Shown here piece after piece: positions 23,462 through 30,990 of a DNA stretch of 32,000 nucleotides. This DNA comes from Candidatus Nitrosocaldus sp. GTDB taxonomy: Archaea; Thermoproteota; Nitrososphaeria; Nitrososphaerales; Nitrosocaldaceae. The notes beneath the pieces were generated by a model. That model saw only the letters and a program-made list of their open reading frames with translations. It ran no database searches and was not told the origin of the DNA. Position 1 is the stretch's first letter. Every line of letters begins with the position of its first letter. A program made the position numbers and the translations under genes. The DNA lies in contig JANWZS010000004.1 in NCBI GenBank assembly GCA_025054855.1, positions 22,966 through 54,965 of the forward strand, in the 5' to 3' direction.

Positions 23462-23833
23462 CTACGCACTCTTCTGTATCTTTGGCTTCCTCAGTGCCAT
23501 TGCGAAGAATGCTGCGGAGATGCCTCCAAATATCGCTCCAAGGGCAGCAACATATATGCCGAGTTCACCGAACGTCTGTGCTACCATGGATGTACCAGAA
23601 CCATACGCACCCTCCTGCTGTGCTGTTGTCAGCCTCTTCTTTGCCAGTATGGAGTGCTGTGTGCATGCGAACTCTGGTATGCCAAGTTGCTTGCACTCCT
23701 CCAACTGCTCTGGCGTAGCAGTTATATCACCACCAACCTCACCATACAGCTGCGCCATCGCTACGGAACCGCTCCCTACCCACATTGCAATTACTCCAGC
23801 CACCACCACCGCTAGAAGAGCAAACTTATTCAT
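23462..23833 (-). CDS. Hypothetical secreted, C-terminally membrane-anchored protein (123 aa) near amoB; candidate AMO accessory subunit
   Basis: It has a signal peptide (MNKFALLAVVVAGVIAMWVGSGSVAMA-Q). The ~65-aa ectodomain contains two Cys (EECKQLGIPEFACTQ). The protein ends with a Gly-rich TM (LGIYVAALGAIFGGISAAFFAMAL) and a basic tail (RKPKIQKSA). A TATA-like ATTATATAC lies 23 nt upstream, and CCTTTTTTGTTTG follows the stop. Confidence 0.6.
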   Translation of the reverse strand: MNKFALLAVVVAGVIAMWVGSGSVAMAQLYGEVGGDITATPEQLEECKQLGIPEFACTQHSILAKKRLTTAQQEGAYGSGTSMVAQTFGELGIYVAALGAIFGGISAAFFAMALRKPKIQKSA

Positions 23834-23930
23834 GTAACCCTTTATGCACTGATGATGTATATAATCTTTCCCTCTTTCTCGTTAAATTATACGGGCAAAG
23901 ACTTTAATTTATCACCTGCAGAGTCTATGC

Positions 23931-24374
23931 ATGGCTAGGATACATGCCCATAGGAAGGGCAAGTCACACTCAACGAGACCCATGCAGATCAATACTCCAT
24001 GGGTCAGCATGAGCAAGGAGGAGATAATCAACCTGATAGTGAGCATGGCGAAGGATGGACTCAAGCCCAGCGAGATAGGTCTGAGGCTTAGAGATGAGTA
24101 CGGTATACCTCTGGTCAAGAGGATCATAGGCAAGTCCATCACAGAGGTTCTGGAGGAGCATGGCATAAAGGCTCTGCCAGAGGACCTTAGCAACATGCTT
24201 GAGAAGGCCATCAGGCTTCAGAAGCACCTCAGTGTGCATAGGAGCGATAGCAACAACGTACGCTCCCTGGAGCTGATAGAGGCCAAGATACACAGGCTTG
24301 CAAAGTACTACAAGAGGGAGGGCAAGATACCCCAGGAGTGGAGGTACAAGGCTGTGATAGCAAGCCTTGAGTGA
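23931..24374 (+). CDS. rps15: 30S ribosomal protein S15 (uS15; S13e type)
   Basis: MARIHAHRKGKSHSTRP...LRLRDEYGIP...HLSVHRSDSNNVRSLELIEAKIHRLAKYY is the canonical archaeal uS15 pattern. Confidence 0.95.
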   Translation: MARIHAHRKGKSHSTRPMQINTPWVSMSKEEIINLIVSMAKDGLKPSEIGLRLRDEYGIPLVKRIIGKSITEVLEEHGIKALPEDLSNMLEKAIRLQKHLSVHRSDSNNVRSLELIEAKIHRLAKYYKREGKIPQEWRYKAVIASLE

Positions 24375-24395
24375 GGTCCATCCATAACCTGAGCC

Positions 24396-25919
24396 ATGAG
24401 CAGCACCAGCCTTAACCTGGATTCATTCATGCATAACCTCGCAGGGAGGGTACTCGATGCCGTAGCCTCAAGGAAGAGGATCATGGTCGTGACGCACTCC
24501 GATGCAGATGGCCTAGTCTCCGGTAGCATAATAGCCAAGGCAGTGATGAGGAAGGGAGGCAGGTGCCTTGTAAGAGTGGTTAGTGATCTCAACCCCAACG
24601 TGCTCAGGAAGGTTGCTGGCGAAGGGCATGACCTCTACATAATCTCTGACATGGGTGCTGGTCTGGCAAGGATGATAGATGAGCATATGGGGGGCAGGGA
24701 GTGGATGGTCATAGACCATCACCAACTCCCAGAGGATGAGATGAATGATGAGAGGGTATGCAATGCGTGGAAGTTCGGTATAGATGGAGGGGTAGAGGCA
24801 TGTGCTGGTACTATGGCGTACATGTTCGCTTCCGCACTCGATGAGTCCAACAGGGATCTATCAGCGCTGGCAGTTGTGGCTATGGTTGCGGATAGGCAGG
24901 ATCAGGGCGAGAGGAAGTCCCTGCTAGGCTTGAATGCTGAAGTCGCCAATACCGCCAGAGACCTTGGGCTGTTGAGCATAGATCTCGATCTCATGCTGGT
25001 TGGGAGGGAGACTAGGGCAGTGCATGAGGCGCTGGCATACACCTCATACCCTTACATAGATGGACTTACATGGAACGTTGACTCGTGCTACTCCCTACTC
25101 AACTCCACAGGCTTGAGACTCAAGGAGGATGGTAGATGGCGTACACTTGCAGAGATGAGCAGTGAGGAGAAGAGCAAGATAGTCGAGGCCATAGCCATCT
25201 TCTCCTCTTCCTCTTCCTCTTCCTCTTCCTCTTCCTCTTCCTCTCATTCCTATTCCTCCTCACAATCACCAAGTTCAGGCAAGGATGCAAACATGATAGT
25301 GGATGAGTTGATAGGCCATGTGTACACACTGCTGAGGGAGGATAGGAGGAGTATGCTCAGGGATGCCAGGGAGTTCAGCCTCATGCTCAACGCATGCGCC
25401 AGGATAAGGAGATCTGGTGTAGGCATCGCCATATGCTTGGGCGACAGGAGTGCCATGCTCATGGAGGGTGAGATGATAGTGAATGAGTACAGGAGGATGC
25501 TCAGGGGTTACATAAGCACCGTGATGAGCGATCGATGGCGAGTGATGGATGATGGTCTGCTAGCCGTAATAAACGGGGATAACCTAATAGCACAGGATAT
25601 GCTTGGGGCTGTATCCTCACTGCTCAGCGGGTCCCAAGCCTTCCAAGGCAGGGTTATAGTCGTGAGGACCAGGGCTGATGACGGTACATACAAGTTCTCC
25701 TGCAGGAAGGGTCTCAACTGCAGCATAGATGTGAACCTTGGCATACTCATGCGTGAATGCTCCAGCAGATGCAATGGTGTTGGGGGAGGGCATGGTGCTG
25801 CTGCTGGTGCAAGGATAGGTGCGGATATGCTGGATGAGTTCATAAGGTGCATCAAGGAGGGTGTACATGGAGCAAGGGATGCTCAGGGTTCGGGTGACTA
25901 TAAGGATAAGGATGGATGA
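24396..25919 (+). CDS. RecJ/Cdc45-like DHH-family phosphoesterase with a poly-Ser insertion
   Basis: The DHH motifs are VVTHSDADGLVSGS, ISDMG, VIDHHQ and GGGHGAAAG (DHHA1). Adjacency to rps15 is a common archaeal neighbourhood for RecJ/Cdc45-like genes. The insertion is S14-HSYSSSQSPSSG. Confidence 0.85.
   Translation: MSSTSLNLDSFMHNLAGRVLDAVASRKRIMVVTHSDADGLVSGSIIAKAVMRKGGRCLVRVVSDLNPNVLRKVAGEGHDLYIISDMGAGLARMIDEHMGGREWMVIDHHQLPEDEMNDERVCNAWKFGIDGGVEACAGTMAYMFASALDESNRDLSALAVVAMVADRQDQGERKSLLGLNAEVANTARDLGLLSIDLDLMLVGRETRAVHEALAYTSYPYIDGLTWNVDSCYSLLNSTGLRLKEDGRWRTLAEMSSEEKSKIVEAIAIFSSSSSSSSSSSSSSHSYSSSQSPSSGKDANMIVDELIGHVYTLLREDRRSMLRDAREFSLMLNACARIRRSGVGIAICLGDRSAMLMEGEMIVNEYRRMLRGYISTVMSDRWRVMDDGLLAVINGDNLIAQDMLGAVSSLLSGSQAFQGRVIVVRTRADDGTYKFSCRKGLNCSIDVNLGILMRECSSRCNGVGGGHGAAAGARIGADMLDEFIRCIKEGVHGARDAQGSGDYKDKDG
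25203..25244 (+). repeat. In-frame hexanucleotide microsatellite (TCCTCT)7 encoding Ser14 inside the RecJ-like gene
   Basis: I counted 7 perfect units directly in the sequence. The frame was checked against the 24396 start. Confidence 0.95.
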
Positions 25920-26163
25920 GCCCAGCAAAGCCATGTCTATGCTGGAATCACTTGAACCGGACAACGTTGGTATCCCAGCATGGCTCTCCATGGACTTTCA
26001 TATCGATGGAAGCGTTCTCGTGTTAACATTCGAGGCCTCCCTGGATGCTGGCAGCGAGGGTTATGGTAGTAGCAGGAGGGTAGCATCACTTATATCAACC
26101 ATCGATGAGGTACTCGAACATATCGGTACCATGGCTAGGGTCATGAATATAGATACTGGATGA
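25879..26163 (+). CDS. pcc1: Pcc1-like KEOPS subunit (tentative)
   Basis: About 94 aa: MLRVRVTIRIRMDEPSKAMSMLESLEPDN...GSVLVLTFEA...ASLISTIDEVLEHIGTMARVM. This resembles the Pcc1/CTAG fold pattern of beta strand, A..i..sL.PE, beta strands and a long C-terminal helix. It overlaps the 3' end of the RecJ-like gene. Alternative ATG starts are 25867 and 25912. Confidence 0.5.
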   Translation: MLRVRVTIRIRMDEPSKAMSMLESLEPDNVGIPAWLSMDFHIDGSVLVLTFEASLDAGSEGYGSSRRVASLISTIDEVLEHIGTMARVMNIDTG

Positions 26164-26201
26164 TGGCATATATTAAATAAAGGAGGTTCGAGGGTGAGCA
26201 T

Positions 26202-27491
26202 ATGATCGATCCGAAGATACTGAGGGAGCAGCCCCAGACAGTAGCAGCTATGCTGGAGAGGAGGAGGATAACATTCCCCCTGGATGAACTCCTGGAGATG
26301 GATAGAAGGAGGCGTATGATCATGAGGGATGTTCAAGAACTCAACCATAGGAGGAACGTGGTTGCACAGCAGATAGCAGGTAAGAAGAGGCTCAAGCAGG
26401 ATGCAACAGGGGAGGTAGAGGAGATGAGGGTGCTGAGTGAGAGGATAGACTCGATGGAGAGGGAACTCAACTCTCTCGAGAAGGATTACAGTAGACTGCT
26501 CATGATGCTACCCAATCTCATACACGAATCGGTACCAGATGGCAAGGGCGAGGAGGATAATGTTGTGATAAGGCAGTGGGGCGAGCCGAGGAGGTCCAGC
26601 AGAGCTGGACATGCAGATCTAGGGGTATCGCTCAACCTCCTCGACCTTGAGAGGGCAGCCAAGATCTCGGGCTCTAGATTCTACTTCCTGCTCAACGACC
26701 TCGTGCTGCTGAACCACGCACTGATACACTTTGCACTGGAGTTCATGAAGGGCAAGGGCTTCACGCTGGTGCAGACCCCATACATGATAAAGCGTAGTGC
26801 GATGGAGGGTGCGATAATGCTCAGCGACTTTGAGGATGTGATATACAAGGTTGATGGCGAGGACCTCTACCTCATAGGCACGGCTGAGCATGCTATAGCA
26901 GCTATGCACATGGATGAGATACTCGATGGCAGCAGGTTACCGTTACGCTACGCTGGTATCTCACCCTGCTTCAGGAAGGAGGCCGGTGCCCATGGCAGGG
27001 ATACCAAAGGCATATTCAGGGTACACCAGTTCGAGAAGGTTGAACAGTTCGTCTTCTGCAGGCCAGAGCAGTCGTGGGAAGAGCATGAACTACTGCTCAG
27101 GAATGCCGAGGAGTTCTTCCAGATGCTGGAGATACCGTACAGGGTTGTGCTCCTATGCTCAGCAGAACTCGGCAAGGTATCCGCAAAGACCTACGATATA
27201 GAGGCCTGGATGCCAGCACAGAATACGTACAGGGAGATAGTGTCATGCTCCAACTGCCTCGACTTTCAGGCCAGGAGGCTCAAGGTCAGGTACAGGGACA
27301 GACCCAATGAGGAGACCAGGTATGCTCACACACTAAACTCCACACTCGTTGCTACGGAGCGTACACTGGTCGCTATAATGGAGAATAACCAGAGCGAGGA
27401 TGGGAGGAGCATAACGGTACCTAGAGTGCTTAGGCCATACATGGGCGGTGTTGAGAGCATACCATCCCCATCACTGTTGATCGAGCACTGA
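26202..27491 (+). CDS. serS: Seryl-tRNA synthetase
   Basis: It has the N-terminal coiled-coil MIDPKILREQPQ... and the class II motifs SGSRFYFL, LIGTAEH, CFRKEAGAHGRDTKGIFRVHQFEKVE and TLNSTLVATERTLVAIMEN. Confidence 0.95.
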   Translation: MIDPKILREQPQTVAAMLERRRITFPLDELLEMDRRRRMIMRDVQELNHRRNVVAQQIAGKKRLKQDATGEVEEMRVLSERIDSMERELNSLEKDYSRLLMMLPNLIHESVPDGKGEEDNVVIRQWGEPRRSSRAGHADLGVSLNLLDLERAAKISGSRFYFLLNDLVLLNHALIHFALEFMKGKGFTLVQTPYMIKRSAMEGAIMLSDFEDVIYKVDGEDLYLIGTAEHAIAAMHMDEILDGSRLPLRYAGISPCFRKEAGAHGRDTKGIFRVHQFEKVEQFVFCRPEQSWEEHELLLRNAEEFFQMLEIPYRVVLLCSAELGKVSAKTYDIEAWMPAQNTYREIVSCSNCLDFQARRLKVRYRDRPNEETRYAHTLNSTLVATERTLVAIMENNQSEDGRSITVPRVLRPYMGGVESIPSPSLLIEH

Positions 27492-27577
27492 TCAGCCAAC
27501 CAATCAGCAGCATTGGAATGGCAACATATTTAAACTAATTGTATGGATAGTAGTAGGTAATAGGTTGGGCGATTGGT

Positions 27578-27934
27578 ATGGCTAGATCTAGGGGGTTCAG
27601 GAGGAAGAGTAGGCAACTCTTGACTAGGGATACTGTTAGGGGTCTCTCTTATCTCCTGCATGAGTATAGGTTAGGGGATAGGGTGGTTATAGATATAGAT
27701 GCTAGGGAGCATAAGGGCATGCCACATAGGCGCTTCCAGGGTAAGGTGGGTGTGGTGGAGGCTATAGGTAGGAGGGCTCTTAGGATGAGGGTCAGGATAG
27801 GTGATAAGGATAAGTTTGTTATAGCAAGGTTCGCACATGTTAAACCTCTGAGCAGTGTTGTTTCCATCGCTTCCAGTTCCACTACCAGTACCAGTTCCAG
27901 TAGAAGTAGCAGTAGCAGTAGCAGTGGTGGGTGA
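27578..27934 (+). CDS. rpl21e: 50S ribosomal protein L21e with a Ser/Thr-rich C-terminal tail
   Basis: MARSRGFRRKSRQLL...EYRLGDRVVIDID...GMPHRRFQGKVGVV is canonical eL21. The tail SSVVSIASSSTTSTSSSRSSSSSSSGG is partly encoded by (AGTAGC)3.5 at 27905-27925. Confidence 0.92.
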   Translation: MARSRGFRRKSRQLLTRDTVRGLSYLLHEYRLGDRVVIDIDAREHKGMPHRRFQGKVGVVEAIGRRALRMRVRIGDKDKFVIARFAHVKPLSSVVSIASSSTTSTSSSRSSSSSSSGG

Positions 27935-27939
27935 TTGCA

Positions 27940-28275
27940 ATGGCGGATATAATAAGCAGGAGGGTCATAACTCTACCAGAGGTCAAGGGGATACTTGCCA
28001 GGATAGATCAAGATAAGATGGATCAGATACAGAGGTGGACATACAACTATGTCACAAAGTTCTCAAAGGTTACCGAAGAGAAGGCTAGGGCCATGAAGGA
28101 CAGGCTCATGAACGAGTGCGGGCTAACAGAGGAGGAGGCTGTGGAGATAATCAACGTGATGCCCTCGAGCATAGAGGAGCTCAGAACATTCACATTCGGC
28201 TGGAAGAAGCTGATACTCACGGAGACGCTGGAGAAGATGCTCAAGATACTCGATGAGGGGAGAGGCATAGAGTAG
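27940..28275 (+). CDS. rpoF: DNA-directed RNA polymerase subunit F (Rpo4/RpoF)
   Basis: MADIISRRVITLPEVKGIL...LTEEEAVEIINVMPSSIEELR matches the Rpb4/RpoF pattern. It belongs to the conserved L21e-RpoF-DUF655 archaeal gene block. The track start at 27931 is a GTG overlapping the L21e stop. Confidence 0.85.
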   Translation: MADIISRRVITLPEVKGILARIDQDKMDQIQRWTYNYVTKFSKVTEEKARAMKDRLMNECGLTEEEAVEIINVMPSSIEELRTFTFGWKKLILTETLEKMLKILDEGRGIE

Positions 28276-28290
28276 CAGTTGGAGCATACG

Positions 28291-28845
28291 ATGCAGCAGA
28301 AGAGGTACGAGGAGTATGCGTATGTACTGAGTGTTGAGCCTAGGGGCAAGTCTATCAAGGTCAAGGGTAGAGAGGGTATAATAGTGCAGGCTATAGGGGA
28401 GGAGCGCTTGACCCTGCTCGAACTCCTAGGTACTCCAGGGATAAGCATAGATGTTGGTGAGAGGGTGTACATAGGAAGAGAAGGGAGGACGAAGATACTA
28501 AGCGTCCTAGGCAAGCTGGAGTACGGTGAGTTGAGTACATATGCTAGGGATGAGTTACCCAATGCCATAGAGCGCATAGTCAAGAGTAACGAGCATAGAT
28601 TCATAGAGTTCATCAACACCGCAGGGCCCATAAACCCCAGGATACACAAATTGGAGCTCATCCCAGGTATAGGGAAGGTCATAATGATGAACATACTGAA
28701 GGAGAGGGAGGTCAAGCCATTCGAGAGCTTTGAGGATCTACAGAGGAGGACCGGTCTGAGGGAGCCCCATAAACTCATAGCGAAGAGGATACTGGAGGAG
28801 ATAAGCGGGGATGAGAGGATAAACCTCTTCATAAAGAAGTTCTAG
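28291..28845 (+). CDS. DUF655/COG1491 protein (predicted RNA-binding, OB fold plus HhH)
   Basis: YEEYAYVLSVEPRGKS...RFIEFINTAGPINPRIHKLELIPGIGKVIMMNILKERE..PFESFEDLQRR is the typical DUF655 pattern. The gene follows rpoF as in most archaea. Confidence 0.85.
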   Translation: MQQKRYEEYAYVLSVEPRGKSIKVKGREGIIVQAIGEERLTLLELLGTPGISIDVGERVYIGREGRTKILSVLGKLEYGELSTYARDELPNAIERIVKSNEHRFIEFINTAGPINPRIHKLELIPGIGKVIMMNILKEREVKPFESFEDLQRRTGLREPHKLIAKRILEEISGDERINLFIKKF

Positions 28846-28928
28846 CCTCTAGACGGTAGTGCACTAAGGCTAGCGATATGACCCCCATCCACCGATGCTC
28901 CACTACGCTCAACACCGGGCCTCTCTTG

Positions 28929-28966
28929 ATCAGTCAGTAAGAACCTCATCAGTCAGTAAGAACCTC
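28929..28966. repeat. Perfect 19-bp tandem duplication (ATCAGTCAGTAAGAACCTC x2) at the 3' end of the NAD kinase gene
   Basis: Read directly: copy 1 is 28929-28947 and copy 2 is 28948-28966. The last two bases of copy 2 form part of the TGA stop codon (28965-28967). Confidence 0.95.
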
Positions 28967-29972
28967 ATATCCTCAACTCGTATATCTTCTGCCTGGCATC
29001 CCTGAGCGATGACCTCCTCTTCACATAGCCCTTCCGTATGAGATGGTTGAGTGCCAACCTCAGTGTCCTCGCTGGGAGCATGGTCCTCGCTATAAGATCC
29101 CTCTGGCTCATCGGCCCTTCATACTCCAGAGTCTTCAGTACGAGCTTGGCACTCGGTGGCATGCCGAGCATATCCTCTGCCAACTTCACCTTCTTGGCAA
29201 GCAGGGATGCTGGGGTGTAGCCCTCTAGCCTCACGAACCTTGCTGGGTAAGGGTATCTGTAGCAGTTCAGCGTCCTCCTCACAGTAACCCTCATCCCCCC
29301 ATCCAGTATAACCTCACACCTGTACCTGCTTATTATCTCACTCACCTCTATCTCAACATCATCGTTGACTACCAGAGGTCTTCTGGTCACATCCATGGAG
29401 TTCACTGGCACTACCACGAATACCTTGGCGTTTCTGAGCACTATTGGCCCTCCTGCGGACATGCTGTATGCTGTCGAGCCTATAGGTGTTGAGATTATTA
29501 TGCCATCGCTCTTGTCATGCCACACATCATCCCCGTTTATCCTCAACCTGTACTCCATGAGTGTGGCGCTCTTGGAGGGGAATAGTGCTACATCGTTCAG
29601 CACAGGCTCAACATCCCTGCCATCGACCTTGACTGCTAGCCTGGTAACCTCCTCGACCCTGTACCTGTTGGCTGATACCATGCCCATGACCTTTGCGAGG
29701 TCCCTCACATCCACCTGCGCAAGGAAACCAGTAGAGTCCTCCTCGTACATGCCTAGGACTGGTGGGGAGTCTACCGCAAGTTTGTGGAAGTACTGGAGTA
29801 TACCCTTATCCCCACCAGTCACCAGCACTATATCCGAGTCTATGGAGTCCCTCAGTTCCATGTTGCTTAGAATATCGACCCTTACGTTCATGCTACTCAA
29901 CGTGCTGAGTATGCTTCGCATCATACCATCGCTCTCATTCTTATGCTCAGATGCTACGAGCGTTACACGCAT
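28965..29972 (-). CDS. nadK: NAD kinase fused to a C-terminal MarR-like winged-helix domain
   Basis: The NadK motifs are VLVTGGDKGILQ (a variant of GGDGT), NDVALF and SDGIIISTPIGSTAYSMSAGGPIV. The C-terminal ~75 aa (SAKLVLKTLEYEGPMSQRDLIARTMLPARTLRLALNHLIRKGYVKRR) has a wHTH pattern. Confidence 0.8.
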   Translation of the reverse strand: MRVTLVASEHKNESDGMMRSILSTLSSMNVRVDILSNMELRDSIDSDIVLVTGGDKGILQYFHKLAVDSPPVLGMYEEDSTGFLAQVDVRDLAKVMGMVSANRYRVEEVTRLAVKVDGRDVEPVLNDVALFPSKSATLMEYRLRINGDDVWHDKSDGIIISTPIGSTAYSMSAGGPIVLRNAKVFVVVPVNSMDVTRRPLVVNDDVEIEVSEIISRYRCEVILDGGMRVTVRRTLNCYRYPYPARFVRLEGYTPASLLAKKVKLAEDMLGMPPSAKLVLKTLEYEGPMSQRDLIARTMLPARTLRLALNHLIRKGYVKRRSSLRDARQKIYELRI

Positions 29973-30070
29973 GTGTATATCCTTAGAGTATGCTATGAGG
30001 AGGGATTTAAACCAACCAAGGAGTTATGTAGCATAACACTTAAAGCATGATCAGATGTATATCAGGCGTT

Positions 30071-30358
30071 ATGACAAAGAAGAGGAGTAACAGGGGTAGG
30101 TCGAAGGGGGGTAAGGGGCACTCGAGCCTTGTGCAGTGCAGCAACTGTGGTAGATGGGTGCCAAGGGATAAGGTCAAGAAGGTAACCTCCAGGTTGAGCC
30201 TTGTTGATCCCTCTCTGGCGAAGGAGTTGAGGGCAAGCGGGGCGTACATAGCAAGCCCCACGGTCATCAAGTACTACTGTGTCTCATGTGCTGTGTACTA
30301 TGGCGTTGTGAAGGTCAGGGCTGAGGATGAGAGGAAGAGCTCCCAGCCACTGCGTTGA
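30071..30358 (+). CDS. rps26e: 30S ribosomal protein S26e
   Basis: MTKKRSNRGRSKGGKGHSSLVQCSNCGRWVPRDKVKK...YCVSCAVY is canonical eS26. The ATG at 30071 is preferred over the track start at 30047. Confidence 0.92.
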   Translation: MTKKRSNRGRSKGGKGHSSLVQCSNCGRWVPRDKVKKVTSRLSLVDPSLAKELRASGAYIASPTVIKYYCVSCAVYYGVVKVRAEDERKSSQPLR

Positions 30359-30980
30359 ATACAGATACAACCCTATGGATGAATGTTATGGCAGCAAGTA
30401 CAACTATTACGATCAGCCCATACTGCATAAGCTCCAATGATATGGCCGTACCTGCTATACTGAACACTGCAAGCAGTAGCAGCCTCTCCGCCCTCTCCCC
30501 TATCCCTATCCCCTTCAACTCAACCCCGATACCTTCTGCCCTGGCCCTTGCATAACTTACAAGTAGTGAGAATGCCAGAGCAAGTATAACAAGCACTGGA
30601 CTCACCACGTTGCTCAACGCTATACCAGTGTATATGGCAACCTCAGCAACCCTGTCGAGTGTAGAGTCCAGGAATGCACCAGCCCTCGAGACCCTGCCGG
30701 TCACCCTGGCAACGCTACCATCCACCATATCGAAGAAGCCAGAGACCAGGAGTGTCATCCCAGCGTAGAGGTACGCATACTCCAGATCGATGCGGTGCAG
30801 TGCGTAGAGTAGCCCTGAGAGCACAGCCAGTGCAAAGCCTACTACAGTCCATGAATTGGGTGAGAGCCCAGTCGCTGCAAACCTGAGCCCTATGCTGTTC
30901 ATCACTGGCTCTATATCCTTCCTTATCCTGTTGAGCAACACCAATGCTATCCATAGAGTATATTTATAGGCTAGTACCAT
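30315..30980 (-). CDS. CDP-alcohol phosphatidyltransferase (archaetidylinositol-phosphate/archaetidylserine synthase family)
   Basis: It has the signature D-x2-D-G-x2-A-R-x8-G-x3-D-x3-D in FDMVDGSVARVTGRVSRAGAFLDSTLDRVAE, plus multiple TM helices. I prefer the ATG at 30980 (MVLAYKYTLW...), because the track's 30-aa N-terminal extension overlaps the divergent gene at 30991. Confidence 0.85.
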   Translation of the reverse strand: MVLAYKYTLWIALVLLNRIRKDIEPVMNSIGLRFAATGLSPNSWTVVGFALAVLSGLLYALHRIDLEYAYLYAGMTLLVSGFFDMVDGSVARVTGRVSRAGAFLDSTLDRVAEVAIYTGIALSNVVSPVLVILALAFSLLVSYARARAEGIGVELKGIGIGERAERLLLLAVFSIAGTAISLELMQYGLIVIVVLAAITFIHRVVSVFNAVAGSSSSHPQP

Positions 30981-30990
30981 TAGCGAGTCT

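Noticed and set aside
28047-28832. A 261-aa minus-strand ORF antisense to rpoF and the DUF655 gene.
   Set aside because: The plus-strand genes belong to the conserved L21e-RpoF-DUF655 block and have clear motifs. The antisense product is Ser/Leu-rich low complexity.
28846-28964. A GC-rich 120-bp spacer examined for a tRNA or other structured RNA.
   Set aside because: Neither strand shows a T-loop (GTTCRANYC) or D-loop signature, or an acceptor-stem complementarity. Other spacers (4266-4420, 23231-23461 and 31198-31484) were likewise negative by eye. Running tRNAscan-SE or Infernal would settle the question.
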